Assembly (NCBI GenBank): GCA_038727095.1
Contig: JAVYWK010000016.1
Span: 1-43,204 of the forward strand
Source: Thermofilaceae archaeon
GTDB lineage: Archaea > Thermoproteota > Thermoprotei > Thermofilales > Thermofilaceae
Reading direction: 5' to 3'
Length of the DNA: 43,204 nucleotides
Shown: piece by piece, positions 27,503-36,855 of the stretch
Numbering within the stretch: position 1 is the stretch's first letter
How the letters are laid out: each line of letters opens with the position of its first letter
Notes under the pieces: model-generated
Seen by the model: only the letters and a program-made list of their open reading frames with translations
Databases searched by the model: none
Told to the model about the DNA's origin: nothing
Translations under genes and position numbers: made by a program

Positions 27503-28264
27503 GTGTTCGGGAGGCTACCTCAGCTGCTGCGAAAGGGGGAAGTAGCGTTGGGCAGCTGGGTAACGATCGGGAACCCCGAGGTTGTTGAGATGCTCTCCCT
27601 CCTCGGCTTCGACTGGCTTCTCCTCGACGCTGAGCACGCCCCGCTCGACATACACCTGCTTGAGTACATGATGATGGCTGTTCGAGGTGAAGCGACACCG
27701 CTAGTCCGCGTCCCTGCCAACGACCCGGTGTATGTCAAGAGGGTCCTCGACATAGGCGCTGCAGGTATTCTTTTTCCGCTGGTGAGCACAGCGGAGGAGG
27801 CTAAACTAGCTGTTAGATCGACGCGTTATCCACCATCGGGAATACGAGGCGTTGGCCCTCGCAGGGCTGCAAGCTACGGATTGAGATCCGCCGAGTACTT
27901 CAACGAAGCAGACAAGGTCATCGTTGTCGTCCAAATCGAGACTAGGGAAGCAGTCGAGAACATCGAGAGCATTCTAGCTGTTGAGGGGGTAAACGCGTTC
28001 TTCGTGGGCCCCAACGACCTATCCTTCTCCTTCGGCTGTAGATCGTGGAGGGAGGAACCAGTGCTGAAGGCCCTTGAGAAGGTGGCTGAGGCTTCACGTT
28101 CAACAGGCGTTCCCGGAGGCATGTACTGCCCCGACGATGAGTCGTTGAAGCACGCGTTAAGCCTGGGTTTCAAGTTGATCGCCTTGGGCAGCGACTACCG
28201 TTACCTGATAGCTGGGGCCAGGGCAAGGCTTGAGCGCGCTCGCTCAATGCTAGCACTGAAGTGA
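27503..28264 (+). CDS. HpcH/HpaI class II pyruvate aldolase (2-keto-3-deoxy sugar-acid aldolase-like)
   Basis: DWLLLDAEHAP, LVRVP, LDIGA, RYPPSGIRG, QIET, FVGPNDLS. Confidence 0.92.
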   Translation: MFGRLPQLLRKGEVALGSWVTIGNPEVVEMLSLLGFDWLLLDAEHAPLDIHLLEYMMMAVRGEATPLVRVPANDPVYVKRVLDIGAAGILFPLVSTAEEAKLAVRSTRYPPSGIRGVGPRRAASYGLRSAEYFNEADKVIVVVQIETREAVENIESILAVEGVNAFFVGPNDLSFSFGCRSWREEPVLKALEKVAEASRSTGVPGGMYCPDDESLKHALSLGFKLIALGSDYRYLIAGARARLERARSMLALK

Positions 28265-28293
28265 AGCAGAGAGAAAAATAAGAGAAGAATAGA

Positions 28294-28896
28294 TTATTTC
28301 CTTTCGCTTAAAGCTTCAATAATCAGCAAGCAGAATTCGGGGAGATCATCGGGGACACGCCCTGTTATGATGTTGCCGTCACGTATGGCGGGTTCGTCAA
28401 TGAACACAGCTCCAGCGTTGATTAAGTCATCCTTAACGGCTTTATAGGCCGTTACTCTCCTACCCTTTACCAGCCCCGCGGAGATTAGGACTTGCGGTCC
28501 ATGGCAGATCGCAGCTATGATCTTCCCTAACTCGTGAGCCCTCCTGACAAAATTCAGAACCCTTTCGTCAATTCTGAGGTGATCCGGCGAGAACCCTCCA
28601 GGGATAATGATCGCGTCAAGGTCTTCGGGTTTAACCTCCTCTATATCCTTCACCACATATCTGACCCCCAAGCCAAAGACCTCTAGGGGAACGGGAGTTC
28701 CGTACCTACCGGTGACGGGTTTAACGGGGATCGCTGGCCGAGGATGAAGGCCGATTTTAACAGGAATGATGGTAACCTCAGCCCCCTCCTCGCTCAGTCT
28801 GACAAACGGGTAGAGCAGCTCCACATCCTCGAACTCGTGAGCGACGAGAAATGCAACTCTTTTCCCTTTCAAGCGTGTGCCCGGCCCTGTTCTCAC
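28294..28896 (-). CDS. pfpI: PfpI/DJ-1 family protein
   Basis: HEFEDVEL, IPGGFSPD, AAICHGP, DLINAGA, PDDLPEF. Confidence 0.9.
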   Translation of the reverse strand: MRTGPGTRLKGKRVAFLVAHEFEDVELLYPFVRLSEEGAEVTIIPVKIGLHPRPAIPVKPVTGRYGTPVPLEVFGLGVRYVVKDIEEVKPEDLDAIIIPGGFSPDHLRIDERVLNFVRRAHELGKIIAAICHGPQVLISAGLVKGRRVTAYKAVKDDLINAGAVFIDEPAIRDGNIITGRVPDDLPEFCLLIIEALSERK

Positions 28897-28977
28897 AGAG
28901 TTTCTAATGAAGGGGTAGCTAATATAACTGCGCTAGGGAGAGCGGCAAGTTAATCAATCAGGGTTATTACGCCCCTT

Positions 28978-30078
28978 GTGGCAGACTACGGAATCTCGAA
29001 CGGGGCACTAGAGTTTCTGAAGAAAGTTTGCGAGGCTGTTGGACCCTCCGGCTTCGAAGATGAGGTTCTCAAAATGTTTTATGACTACGGCAAGAGCTTC
29101 GCTGACGAGGTTGCACGTGACAACCTAGGCTCTATGGTCTTCATTAAGAGAGGGTCGAGCGAGCGGCCGCGAGTCCTCGTCGCGGGGCACGTCGACGAGG
29201 TTGGCTTTGTTGTGACAAACATCACGAAGGAGGGCTACGTAACGTTTACGCCCGTGGGGGGTTGGTTTGACCAGGTTCTGCTATCTCAGAGGGTTGTGAT
29301 AAGGACGAAGAAGGGGCCTGTGATGGGCGTAATCGCGTCCAAACCCCCGCACCTCCTAACCCCGGAAGAGAGGCAGAAGGTCGTCACGATGGACAGGATG
29401 TTCATAGACGTGGGAGCAACGAGTGAGGAAGAGGTGAAAAACCTAGGGGTGCGACTGGGCGACCCCATAGCTCCCTATTCCCCATTCACCCTGTCAGCCA
29501 CTGGTAAAACGGTGATGGGTAAGGCCTTCGACGACAGGTTGGGAGCTTTTATCGCTGTTGAGGCCATACGCTTCCTGAGGGAGAACGGCATCGAGCACCC
29601 GAACACGGTTTACGCTGCCGCCACCGTGCAGGAGGAAGTCGGCCTAAGGGGCGCTCAGACAGTGGGTTGGGCTGTTGACCACGATGTGGCTATCGTGACT
29701 GAAGTTGATATCGCAGGTGATGTCCCAGGGATCGATCCGCGCGACGCTCAAGCTAGGCTCGGGAAGGGGCCGACGATAGTGACGTACGACGCGTCCATGA
29801 TCCCTAATCAAAAGCTGAAGGAGTTCGTGATCGAAGTGGCGGAGGAGGCGAAAATACCGTACCAACTGTCGGTGGTTGCGAAGGGTGGAACTGATGCTGG
29901 CCGGCTGCACCTATATAAAACAGGGAGACCCAGCATTGTTATCGGGGTTCCTACAAGGCACATCCACAGCCATGTAAGCATTGTCCATCTGGATGACATA
30001 GCGAATGCCGTCAAGTTGATCGTGGAGCTCGTGAAGCGCCTCGATAGCGCTACCGTTAGCAACTTCTCTTCGTTCTGA
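28978..30078 (+). CDS. M42 family (TET-like) aminopeptidase
   Basis: GPSGFE, AGHVDEVG, KAFDDRLG, VQEEVGLRGA, GGTDAG, PTRHIHS. Confidence 0.95.
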   Translation: MADYGISNGALEFLKKVCEAVGPSGFEDEVLKMFYDYGKSFADEVARDNLGSMVFIKRGSSERPRVLVAGHVDEVGFVVTNITKEGYVTFTPVGGWFDQVLLSQRVVIRTKKGPVMGVIASKPPHLLTPEERQKVVTMDRMFIDVGATSEEEVKNLGVRLGDPIAPYSPFTLSATGKTVMGKAFDDRLGAFIAVEAIRFLRENGIEHPNTVYAAATVQEEVGLRGAQTVGWAVDHDVAIVTEVDIAGDVPGIDPRDAQARLGKGPTIVTYDASMIPNQKLKEFVIEVAEEAKIPYQLSVVAKGGTDAGRLHLYKTGRPSIVIGVPTRHIHSHVSIVHLDDIANAVKLIVELVKRLDSATVSNFSSF

Positions 30079-30667
30079 GCCGCTCTAAGCTTTCATCGAT
30101 GAGAGCCTCCACTTTTCTTTGCACCTCCTCAACCTCGTCATCGGTTCTAATGACGTAAACGTTCGCGAACTCTGCTGCTACTCGCCTGTACGCTGAGCGA
30201 ACACGCTCGAGCTTCTCAACCTCCTCAAAGAGTTCGATTGCGAACCTATCTTCTCTGATCCTCGCCAACGCGACGCTCGGCTCGATATCTAGAACAAACG
30301 TGATATCGGGGAGCGGAAACCTGGAGTTCACAGACTTCAACCACTCGTAGTCCAGATCCAGCGAGCCGTATGCTAGGCTGGAAAACAGGTAGCGATCCGT
30401 GACTATAGCTCTCCCAGCTCTTAAGGCGGGGAGGATCACAGTGTTCACGTGATGGCACCTATCTGCTGCAAAGAGCAGTTGGAGGGTCATCGGGTCGGTC
30501 CTCCACTCACCCCTGAGGCATGCTCTGATTAGGCCGCCGATCAAGCCATCTGTTGGTTCCTTTGTTAAAATTGTTCTGAAGCCTTTGCTTTCGAGGTACT
30601 TCTCCGTCAAGCGAGCATGGGTAGTTAAGCCCGCTCCATCGATGCCTTCGAATGCGACGAATATCAT
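30056..30667 (-). CDS. tmk: Thymidylate kinase (P-loop Lys replaced by Leu)
   Basis: FEGIDGAGLTT, TKEP, LLFAADR, TDRYLFSSLAYG, PDITFVLD. Confidence 0.85.
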   Translation of the reverse strand: MIFVAFEGIDGAGLTTHARLTEKYLESKGFRTILTKEPTDGLIGGLIRACLRGEWRTDPMTLQLLFAADRCHHVNTVILPALRAGRAIVTDRYLFSSLAYGSLDLDYEWLKSVNSRFPLPDITFVLDIEPSVALARIREDRFAIELFEEVEKLERVRSAYRRVAAEFANVYVIRTDDEVEEVQRKVEALIDESLERLRTKRSC

Positions 30668-30757
30668 CGGAGCAGCTGGTGGTGCATGAAGCTATAAAAG
30701 ACACGTTCAATGCTGCCTCTCGGTACAGTGTGTTCCAGGGGCTTTCGGGGAGCGTGC

Positions 30758-31114
30758 CTAACAGGTTAGATGAAAGGCTCCGAGGACCCTCCGCCCAGCC
30801 TTAACTAGCTCATTGTAGATTTCCACAGCTTTTCGAGTGTTCGCCACGTAAACCTCGACGCTCTTCCTCCTGAAATGCTCAAGGACTTCGTCCAGCACCT
30901 CCATCGCGCCGCTGTACCCGGTTCCGATCACGACGCTATCGATTTTCTCCGTTTCCGCAACATCGGCCAAGTCCTCCAGCGTTAACAGATGACCCTCTCT
31001 CCTCCACCAGTCGCTTAAGATCCTAGAGGGGGTCACGATCAAGTCCCTCTCGTAAACTCTCCCGCCGAGCTTCAACCGGCCGAACGAGTACGCTTCAACT
31101 AACGGCTGGGGCAC
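30758..31114 (-). CDS. Mth938-like (DUF498) protein
   Basis: YSFG, WWRREGH, VIGTGYSG, AVEIYN, C-terminal FHLTC. Confidence 0.9.
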   Translation of the reverse strand: MPQPLVEAYSFGRLKLGGRVYERDLIVTPSRILSDWWRREGHLLTLEDLADVAETEKIDSVVIGTGYSGAMEVLDEVLEHFRRKSVEVYVANTRKAVEIYNELVKAGRRVLGAFHLTC

Positions 31115-31136
31115 GGTTTTTCCGCGTGGAGTGCAG

Positions 31137-31814
31137 TTAAATGTTTTTCAGGATCCTCCTCGCCTCCTCGACAGCTGAACGGAGTATGGAGTACGCCTCG
31201 ACGGCCTTCTCCCGGCTGACGATGAACAGGGTGTCAGTGTAGGTTGAGATCACCTGCGTGACGTTGATCCCGTGAAACGCGAGTAGGAACGTCATGTAAG
31301 CCATTACGCCCGGCGTCGAGATGATGGCTTTCGGGCTTTCAACTATGACCGCTGCTTGATCGACGTATATCTCCTCAACGATGGAGCGCTTGAAACCGGA
31401 AAGGAGCTGCTGAAGAGAGGCACTATCTGCTACGATGGTAAGAGTCCGTATGCCTTGAGTAATTTGGAGGAGCCTGGCTTTAACCCCCGTGAGCGACTGC
31501 AGCAGCTCTAGCGGGTCAGACAACCTTATCGTTGCTAAACCGACATCGTCGATGAGAGTTGTAGTGCTCTCAGCGATAACTCGCATTACGTCCTCTCCCG
31601 AAACACCCCTTGTAATCTGCTCTCGGAACCTGATCAATGCAACTTTTATTGCCGCCTCGCTGACCGACGTACCCATCCTCCTCTCGACTTCGCTCCTAAG
31701 AGCTCGAGCGAGAGCCGAGTAATTGACGATGCCCATGCCCAGTGCGGACAGCAAGTGGGGTCTTGCGATAAGGATTTCTTGAACCACCTGGTTAACGCTT
31801 ATTGCTTTACGCAT
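31137..31814 (-). CDS. ACT-domain protein with N-terminal helix-turn-helix-like region (putative amino-acid-responsive regulator)
   Basis: IVNYSALARAL...SEAAIKVALIR at the N-terminus; TPGVMAY...GINVTQVISTYTD ACT-like C-terminus; divergent from the amino-acid ABC operon. Confidence 0.8.
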   Translation of the reverse strand: MRKAISVNQVVQEILIARPHLLSALGMGIVNYSALARALRSEVERRMGTSVSEAAIKVALIRFREQITRGVSGEDVMRVIAESTTTLIDDVGLATIRLSDPLELLQSLTGVKARLLQITQGIRTLTIVADSASLQQLLSGFKRSIVEEIYVDQAAVIVESPKAIISTPGVMAYMTFLLAFHGINVTQVISTYTDTLFIVSREKAVEAYSILRSAVEEARRILKNI

Positions 31815-31872
31815 GAAGGTATGGTTATAGCTTTTCATTTATGGTTTTCTCTTGTCTTATAATCGTATATTA

Positions 31873-31888
31873 TGTTACATTTGTAACA
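31873..31888. promoter_or_regulatory. Perfect inverted repeat TGTTACA-TT-TGTAACA, candidate operator
   Basis: 7-2-7 palindrome in the AT-rich divergent intergenic region, about 40 nt upstream of a BRE/TATA-like AAAAGATTTTTATA (31921-31934). Confidence 0.55.
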
Positions 31889-31951
31889 AAAATGGTTTAA
31901 TTAATCACTGCATATACCGTAAAAGATTTTTATAGCACCTTGAACCCCTTC

Positions 31952-32806
31952 ATGATGGAAAAAACGACGATAATTCTGCTCGTTGTGGCACTAATAGCTG
32001 GAGCAGCGATTGGGTATGCACTTGCCCTACCGACGCTCACAGCCCTTCAATCGAAATTGAACGACCTCGAGTCAAAGCTAAATCCCAACTTTGTCGAGAG
32101 GATAAAAGCTCGCGGGGTCCTCATAGTGGGAACATCGGCGGATTGGCCGCCCTTCGAGTACGTTGACAAGGATGGGAACGTCGTGGGGATCGACATTGAG
32201 ATAGCGAAAAGGATTGCACAAGAGTTGGGCGTGCGATTGGAGGTCAAAGACATGAAGTTTGCAGCACTGATTGAAGCAGTTCAGAAGGGAGCTGTAGACA
32301 TCGTTCTCGCCGATATGACACCCACAGCCGAGCGTGGGAAAACCGTAGATTTCTCGATACCTTACTACTTCAGTAAGGGTAACGCAATCGTAGTACTCAA
32401 GGATAAGCTAGGTAGCGTTCAAAAGGTGGAGGATCTCTACGGGAAGAAAATTGGTGTTCAACTTGGTACGATCCAAGAAGAATGGGCTCAAGCGGCACTA
32501 GAGGGTAAATCCCAGATAATCACCTACGATAGGGTTTACCCTGAGATGTTCATGGCTCTAAAAAGAGGGGATATAGATGTTATGGTCCTCGGCGATACTG
32601 TTGGGGCTGCGCTCTGCAAGAAGCTCCCCGAGCTAACGATCGCTTTCTACGGGGGAGGGGGTAGGATCGGTGCTGCTGTAGCGTTGCCACAAGGGGCTTA
32701 TGATCTCAAGTACGTTGTGAACAAAGTTATCGAGCAATTGCTGGAGAGCGGTGAGATGGAGAAGATATTCGAGAGTGAAATCCTAAAGTGGCTTGGAGAG
32801 AGTTAA
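31952..32806 (+). CDS. Polar amino-acid ABC transporter substrate-binding protein
   Basis: N-terminal membrane anchor; VGTSADWPPFE, GIDIEIA, VDFSIPY, IGVQLGTIQ. Confidence 0.92.
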   Translation: MMEKTTIILLVVALIAGAAIGYALALPTLTALQSKLNDLESKLNPNFVERIKARGVLIVGTSADWPPFEYVDKDGNVVGIDIEIAKRIAQELGVRLEVKDMKFAALIEAVQKGAVDIVLADMTPTAERGKTVDFSIPYYFSKGNAIVVLKDKLGSVQKVEDLYGKKIGVQLGTIQEEWAQAALEGKSQIITYDRVYPEMFMALKRGDIDVMVLGDTVGAALCKKLPELTIAFYGGGGRIGAAVALPQGAYDLKYVVNKVIEQLLESGEMEKIFESEILKWLGES

Positions 32807-32819
32807 AAGGTGTTGAAGA

Positions 32820-33503
32820 TTGAGTGAAGTAATTTCTTTCATTATAGATATTTTACCATTCCTCCTAAATGGCTTAAAGACAACGCTCGAGATCAGCTTA
32901 CTATCCTTCGTTTTCGGAATGACTCTTGCTGTTCTTATCCTACCCCTCCGCGTGTTTGCTCCTCTGCCTTTCTCGCTGCTGGCTAGGAGCTACGTTGAAA
33001 TTTTCCGAGGAACGCCCCTCCTAGTCCAATTGCTCTTCATCTACTTCGGCTTGCCCGCTATAGGGGTCAAGCTGGACGCTTACAGCGCCTGCGTGCTGGC
33101 AGTCAGCCTCAACAGCGCAGCCTACCAGTGCGAGATCCTTAGGAGCGCGCTAAAGGGGATCCCCGAGATACAGTTCCTTTCAGCCGAATCACTAGGCTTC
33201 AGTACGCTGCAGATCTACCGCTACGTTGTTTTACCCCAGGCATTTCGGATAGCTGTCCCGGCGCTCGTGAACGAACTTGTGACATTGATTAAAGAAAGCT
33301 CGTTAGCGTCAGTAATCGGGGTAGTGGAACTGACGAGGAGGGGTGAGTATCTCGTCGCTTACACTCTGAAAGCTTTAGAGGTGTACGCAGCTGTAGCCCT
33401 AATATACTTCACGCTGTGCACGATCGCTTCTCAAGCGGCAAAGCTGCTTGAACACAAGTTCCGGATACCAGGCTACGAAAGGGAAGGTGGTGGTTTGCTA
33501 TGA
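32820..33503 (+). CDS. Polar amino-acid ABC transporter permease
   Basis: YVEIFRGTPLLVQL, AAYQCEILR, VLPQAFR, LIKESSLAS. Confidence 0.95.
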   Translation: MSEVISFIIDILPFLLNGLKTTLEISLLSFVFGMTLAVLILPLRVFAPLPFSLLARSYVEIFRGTPLLVQLLFIYFGLPAIGVKLDAYSACVLAVSLNSAAYQCEILRSALKGIPEIQFLSAESLGFSTLQIYRYVVLPQAFRIAVPALVNELVTLIKESSLASVIGVVELTRRGEYLVAYTLKALEVYAAVALIYFTLCTIASQAAKLLEHKFRIPGYEREGGGLL

Positions 33504-34258
33504 GCAGGATTATCGATGATGTACTTGTTATAGAACAGTTGAGGGCTGGGTACAAGGGTCACGAAGTACTCCATGGGGTCAACTTGAGGGTTGGTAGGGG
33601 TGAGAAGGTAGTCATCATGGGACCGAGCGGCTCTGGAAAAAGTACTCTGCTCAAGTGTATCGTTCTGCTCGTGAAGCCGAAGAGCGGCAGGATCGTGTTA
33701 GACGGTGAAGAGATCACGGATCACCGGGTGGATGTAAGAAGGGTAAGGGCGAAGACGGGCTTCGTCTTCCAGCAGTACAATCTGTTCCCCCACATGACCG
33801 TGCTGCGCAACCTGACTCTACCGCTGGAGGTTGTGAGGAAAGTGCCAAAGAGGGAGGCCGAAAGAAGAGCGATGGAGGTGCTGAAGATGTTCGGTATGGA
33901 GGAGTTCGCCGAGAGGTATCCGCTGCAGCTGAGCGGCGGTCAGCAGCAGCGGGTGGCAATAGCAAGAGCCCTGCTGATGGATCCTGTTCTACTGCTCCTA
34001 GATGAGCCTACTTCCGCCCTAGACCCCGAGCTGAGAAGGGAGGTTCTCGAAGCGCTCATTAAAATCGCTAGGCAGGGGAGATCAATGTTGATCGTAACCC
34101 ATGAGCTGGATTTCGCGGAAGCTGCAGCGGATAGAGTTGTGCTGATGGATAAGGGGGTGATCGCTGAAGAAGGAGCTCCCGATGAACTGTTCTACAACCC
34201 GAGGAGCGAGTGCGGGAAGAAGTTCTTCGTTGAGCTCAAGGCTGTAGCTAGAAGCTAG
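33500..34258 (+). CDS. Polar amino-acid ABC transporter ATP-binding protein
   Basis: GPSGSGKST, FQQYNLFPH, LSGGQQQRVAIARAL, LDEPTSALDP, VTHE. Confidence 0.96.
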   Translation: MSRIIDDVLVIEQLRAGYKGHEVLHGVNLRVGRGEKVVIMGPSGSGKSTLLKCIVLLVKPKSGRIVLDGEEITDHRVDVRRVRAKTGFVFQQYNLFPHMTVLRNLTLPLEVVRKVPKREAERRAMEVLKMFGMEEFAERYPLQLSGGQQQRVAIARALLMDPVLLLLDEPTSALDPELRREVLEALIKIARQGRSMLIVTHELDFAEAAADRVVLMDKGVIAEEGAPDELFYNPRSECGKKFFVELKAVARS

Positions 34259-34261
34259 CTC

Positions 34262-34714
34262 CTAAATGCTCTGAGAAAGCTCTCGCAAGGCACTTTTTAG
34301 CTCTCCCAAGAGCTTGTAGAACTCTTCTCCCTCGCTTTTTCCAATCGACGTGATGATCCTACTGAGTTCGCTCCTAACGGTTGGGGGGACTTTCTCGCCC
34401 TTATCCAGTATCAGTGCAAGAAGCTTCTTTGAGACTTCATCGGCTGCAGCCTTAGCAGCGGCTGCGAGCCTGTCTCTCCAATCGTCCCATGTGCGCACTT
34501 TCCCCTCCTTCAAGTTGATATTCACGAGCGAGAATGTGGCCACCGCTACCACCAGCTCTTCGCCCATAACGTACGCTCGTAGAGGATTGTACGGGCTAGT
34601 CGAAATCCTCCGTAAAGCATCTAGCAAGGTTTTCTCGCTGCAAGCATCTATCAGCAGCATAGCCTCCTCCAGCCTAGCCTTCAACTGATCGTAGCTGCTC
34701 CGAATCGGCTCCAT
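34262..34714 (-). CDS. Hypothetical, mostly helical 150-aa protein
   Basis: ATG start preceded by GGAGGTG; no recognisable motif. Confidence 0.7.
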   Translation of the reverse strand: MEPIRSSYDQLKARLEEAMLLIDACSEKTLLDALRRISTSPYNPLRAYVMGEELVVAVATFSLVNINLKEGKVRTWDDWRDRLAAAAKAAADEVSKKLLALILDKGEKVPPTVRSELSRIITSIGKSEGEEFYKLLGELKSALRELSQSI

Positions 34715-34931
34715 GCACGGGCACCTCCCGTATCCAACATATCAATTTTACTATGTAGGCTATAACTGATGTTGGCGCTGAAAAGTTCGGTGAGCATGGT
34801 TACAACGCCATTGGTAAAGCCCCCTTTTAGACAAGTAAAGTGGAGTTTAGTTCAATCCTTGCTTTCTGGCTCGAGCGCAGCCTGACGCTAGAAGTGAATT
34901 AGGGATGAAACTTTCAAGGCTTTGTTGAGGT

Positions 34932-35942
34932 TCACGTGAACGGCGTTCCTCTGGCCTTGTACCCCTTCGTCTCGAGCTTTGCCAAGCCTCTCGATAGCGC
35001 AGCTTTCAGTTCGGACGCCTTCTCTTCGGGTAGAGAGTCGTATGTGAAAGTCCAGGCACCCCACTCGATGCCTGCAGCGTACTTCAGCTTGTCCCGCTCC
35101 CTGTGCAAGGGGTAGAACTCAACGTGAAAGTGATAGAACTCAGCCTCCATTCTGCAGGGCTTCTGATGGAACACCATCATGTACGGAAGGTCTATGTCGA
35201 AGAGGCTGTTGTACATAGCTGCAACCACTTTCAAGCAGTCGGCGAGGTCCACTACTTCGGCCTCCTCCATCTCGCACAGCGAGCCGAAGTGCCTCTTGGG
35301 ATACACGTGCACTTCGTAGGGCCACATCGCAAAGAAGGGGAGGAAAGCGACGAAGCTGTCGTTCTCGTAGAGGACTCTGACAGCCTCCTCGAGCTCGAGT
35401 CGAAGGACCCTGCAGAGTAGGCACTCGCCTTTCTCTTTCCAGAAGTTCCCCATGTTGACCATCTCCCTCTGAACCCTTGGTGGGACAAACGGGAGCGCGT
35501 AGATCTGGCTGTGGGGGTGGGCGAGGGAGACCCCTATCAATTCCCCTTTGTTCCTAAACGGCATCACGTAGTGAATCCCGGGATCTGCGCACAGCTCGCG
35601 AGTCACCCTGATGAGCTCCGTAACGTAGAGCCTGAGATCCTCAAAGGGTATGTCGTCCAAGTCGCCCTCATGCTGCGGTGTTTCCACGACAACCTTGCAG
35701 TAACCGTACCCCGGCTTCACCTCGTAGATGTCCTTACTGCTGCGGGAAGGTTTAGCGTCGGGCCTGAGGGCTGGAAACCTGTTATCGAGCGTCAGGACAC
35801 GCCACCCATACCCTGTCTCGGGAGCACCCGGGCAGAAGGGACACCCTCCGCTCCTCCAAGGCCGACCTCTCCTCTTGCTAGACACGATTACCCAAGCTCC
35901 TAGCAGAGGATTCCATCTAAGCTCGTTGATACCTTCCATCAC
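34932..35942 (-). CDS. galT: Galactose-1-phosphate uridylyltransferase
   Basis: ELRWNPL, CPFCPG, NRFPAL, FRNKG..GVSLAHPHSQIY (HPH motif), WPYEVH, HFHVEF. Confidence 0.95.
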   Translation of the reverse strand: MMEGINELRWNPLLGAWVIVSSKRRGRPWRSGGCPFCPGAPETGYGWRVLTLDNRFPALRPDAKPSRSSKDIYEVKPGYGYCKVVVETPQHEGDLDDIPFEDLRLYVTELIRVTRELCADPGIHYVMPFRNKGELIGVSLAHPHSQIYALPFVPPRVQREMVNMGNFWKEKGECLLCRVLRLELEEAVRVLYENDSFVAFLPFFAMWPYEVHVYPKRHFGSLCEMEEAEVVDLADCLKVVAAMYNSLFDIDLPYMMVFHQKPCRMEAEFYHFHVEFYPLHRERDKLKYAAGIEWGAWTFTYDSLPEEKASELKAALSRGLAKLETKGYKARGTPFT

Positions 35943-36035
35943 TTGGGGGACTTATCACGGGCATAAAAACGCGCCCTCTACAGAGCAAACCTCATAAGTG
36001 CCTCTGAAACCGATGTTAAGGGGGCCACCGAATCG

Positions 36036-36839
36036 TTAAGGACCCCCTCCGACGTCCCCTATACGGTTCGGTGGCCCTCCTCTTTTTACCAGAAGCTCTA
36101 GAGCTTCGTCAAATGGGAACTTGTCGTGTTGCGGGTTAAAACACAGCTCTTTTCCGCATGAGTACATTTCCCTGATAATGCTGATGCTGCGCTCATCCCA
36201 ACCAGCTCTAAACACGGTTACGCTACCGTTCAAGGTGAGGCGATTCTTGAGCATTCCGATGAGCTGGAGCACCAGCTTAGCCGGTACGCAGCTCATAACC
36301 AGGTTATCCTCCTCCGCCTCAAGCAGAGAATCGCCGTGTTCCACATCATACAGCGGTTGAGGGAGTACCTCAACGCACAAGTTGAACAGTGAAAGCAGCT
36401 TAAGGCGCGCAATACTATGCAGGTGCGCCACAATCTCATGTAGTGGTTCTACAGCTAGAAGGGAGGGGCTTAACCCCGCTGCGTTCGCCGAGTAATGCGC
36501 TACTAAAACCCCGCTACCGTGCCCCACTGTAATCAGGCTAGAGGATTTGCACTTCGTCGCAACCAGCTGCAAGAATCTCTCCCCCGAAGTTAGCACACCC
36601 TTCAAGTTCCCGCCGCGAGGTCCCTCAGAAAGCCCGTACCCGTACAGGTCGACGGCGTAGCAGCTGAAGCCCCTAGAAGCCAACTCCTCACAAAACCAGG
36701 TGTACCTCCCCGAGTGTAAACCCAGGGCGTGAAACAGCGCGATAACGCCCTTAGTGCGACGCGCACGCCAAACCCTGTAGAAAATCTTTGTTCCATGCGC
36801 GTCCATGAAGGTTCCTTCGTCATACGAGCTGTTACGCAC
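36036..36839 (-). CDS. Degenerate alpha/beta-hydrolase (lysophospholipase-like N-terminus)
   Basis: IFYRVW, FHALGLHSGRY, VDLYGYGLSEGPRG; nucleophile elbow reads GHGSG. Start may be the later Met (MDAHG). Confidence 0.7.
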   Translation of the reverse strand: MRNSSYDEGTFMDAHGTKIFYRVWRARRTKGVIALFHALGLHSGRYTWFCEELASRGFSCYAVDLYGYGLSEGPRGGNLKGVLTSGERFLQLVATKCKSSSLITVGHGSGVLVAHYSANAAGLSPSLLAVEPLHEIVAHLHSIARLKLLSLFNLCVEVLPQPLYDVEHGDSLLEAEEDNLVMSCVPAKLVLQLIGMLKNRLTLNGSVTVFRAGWDERSISIIREMYSCGKELCFNPQHDKFPFDEALELLVKRGGPPNRIGDVGGGP

Positions 36840-36855
36840 GTCGGGCCCTTTCCAT

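Noticed and set aside
34715-34931. 217-nt gap with an imperfect CCAACAT/ATGTTGG repeat and GGATGA/CTGA words
   Set aside because: Spacing does not fit a C/D sRNA; the repeat is imperfect and overlaps a probable promoter.
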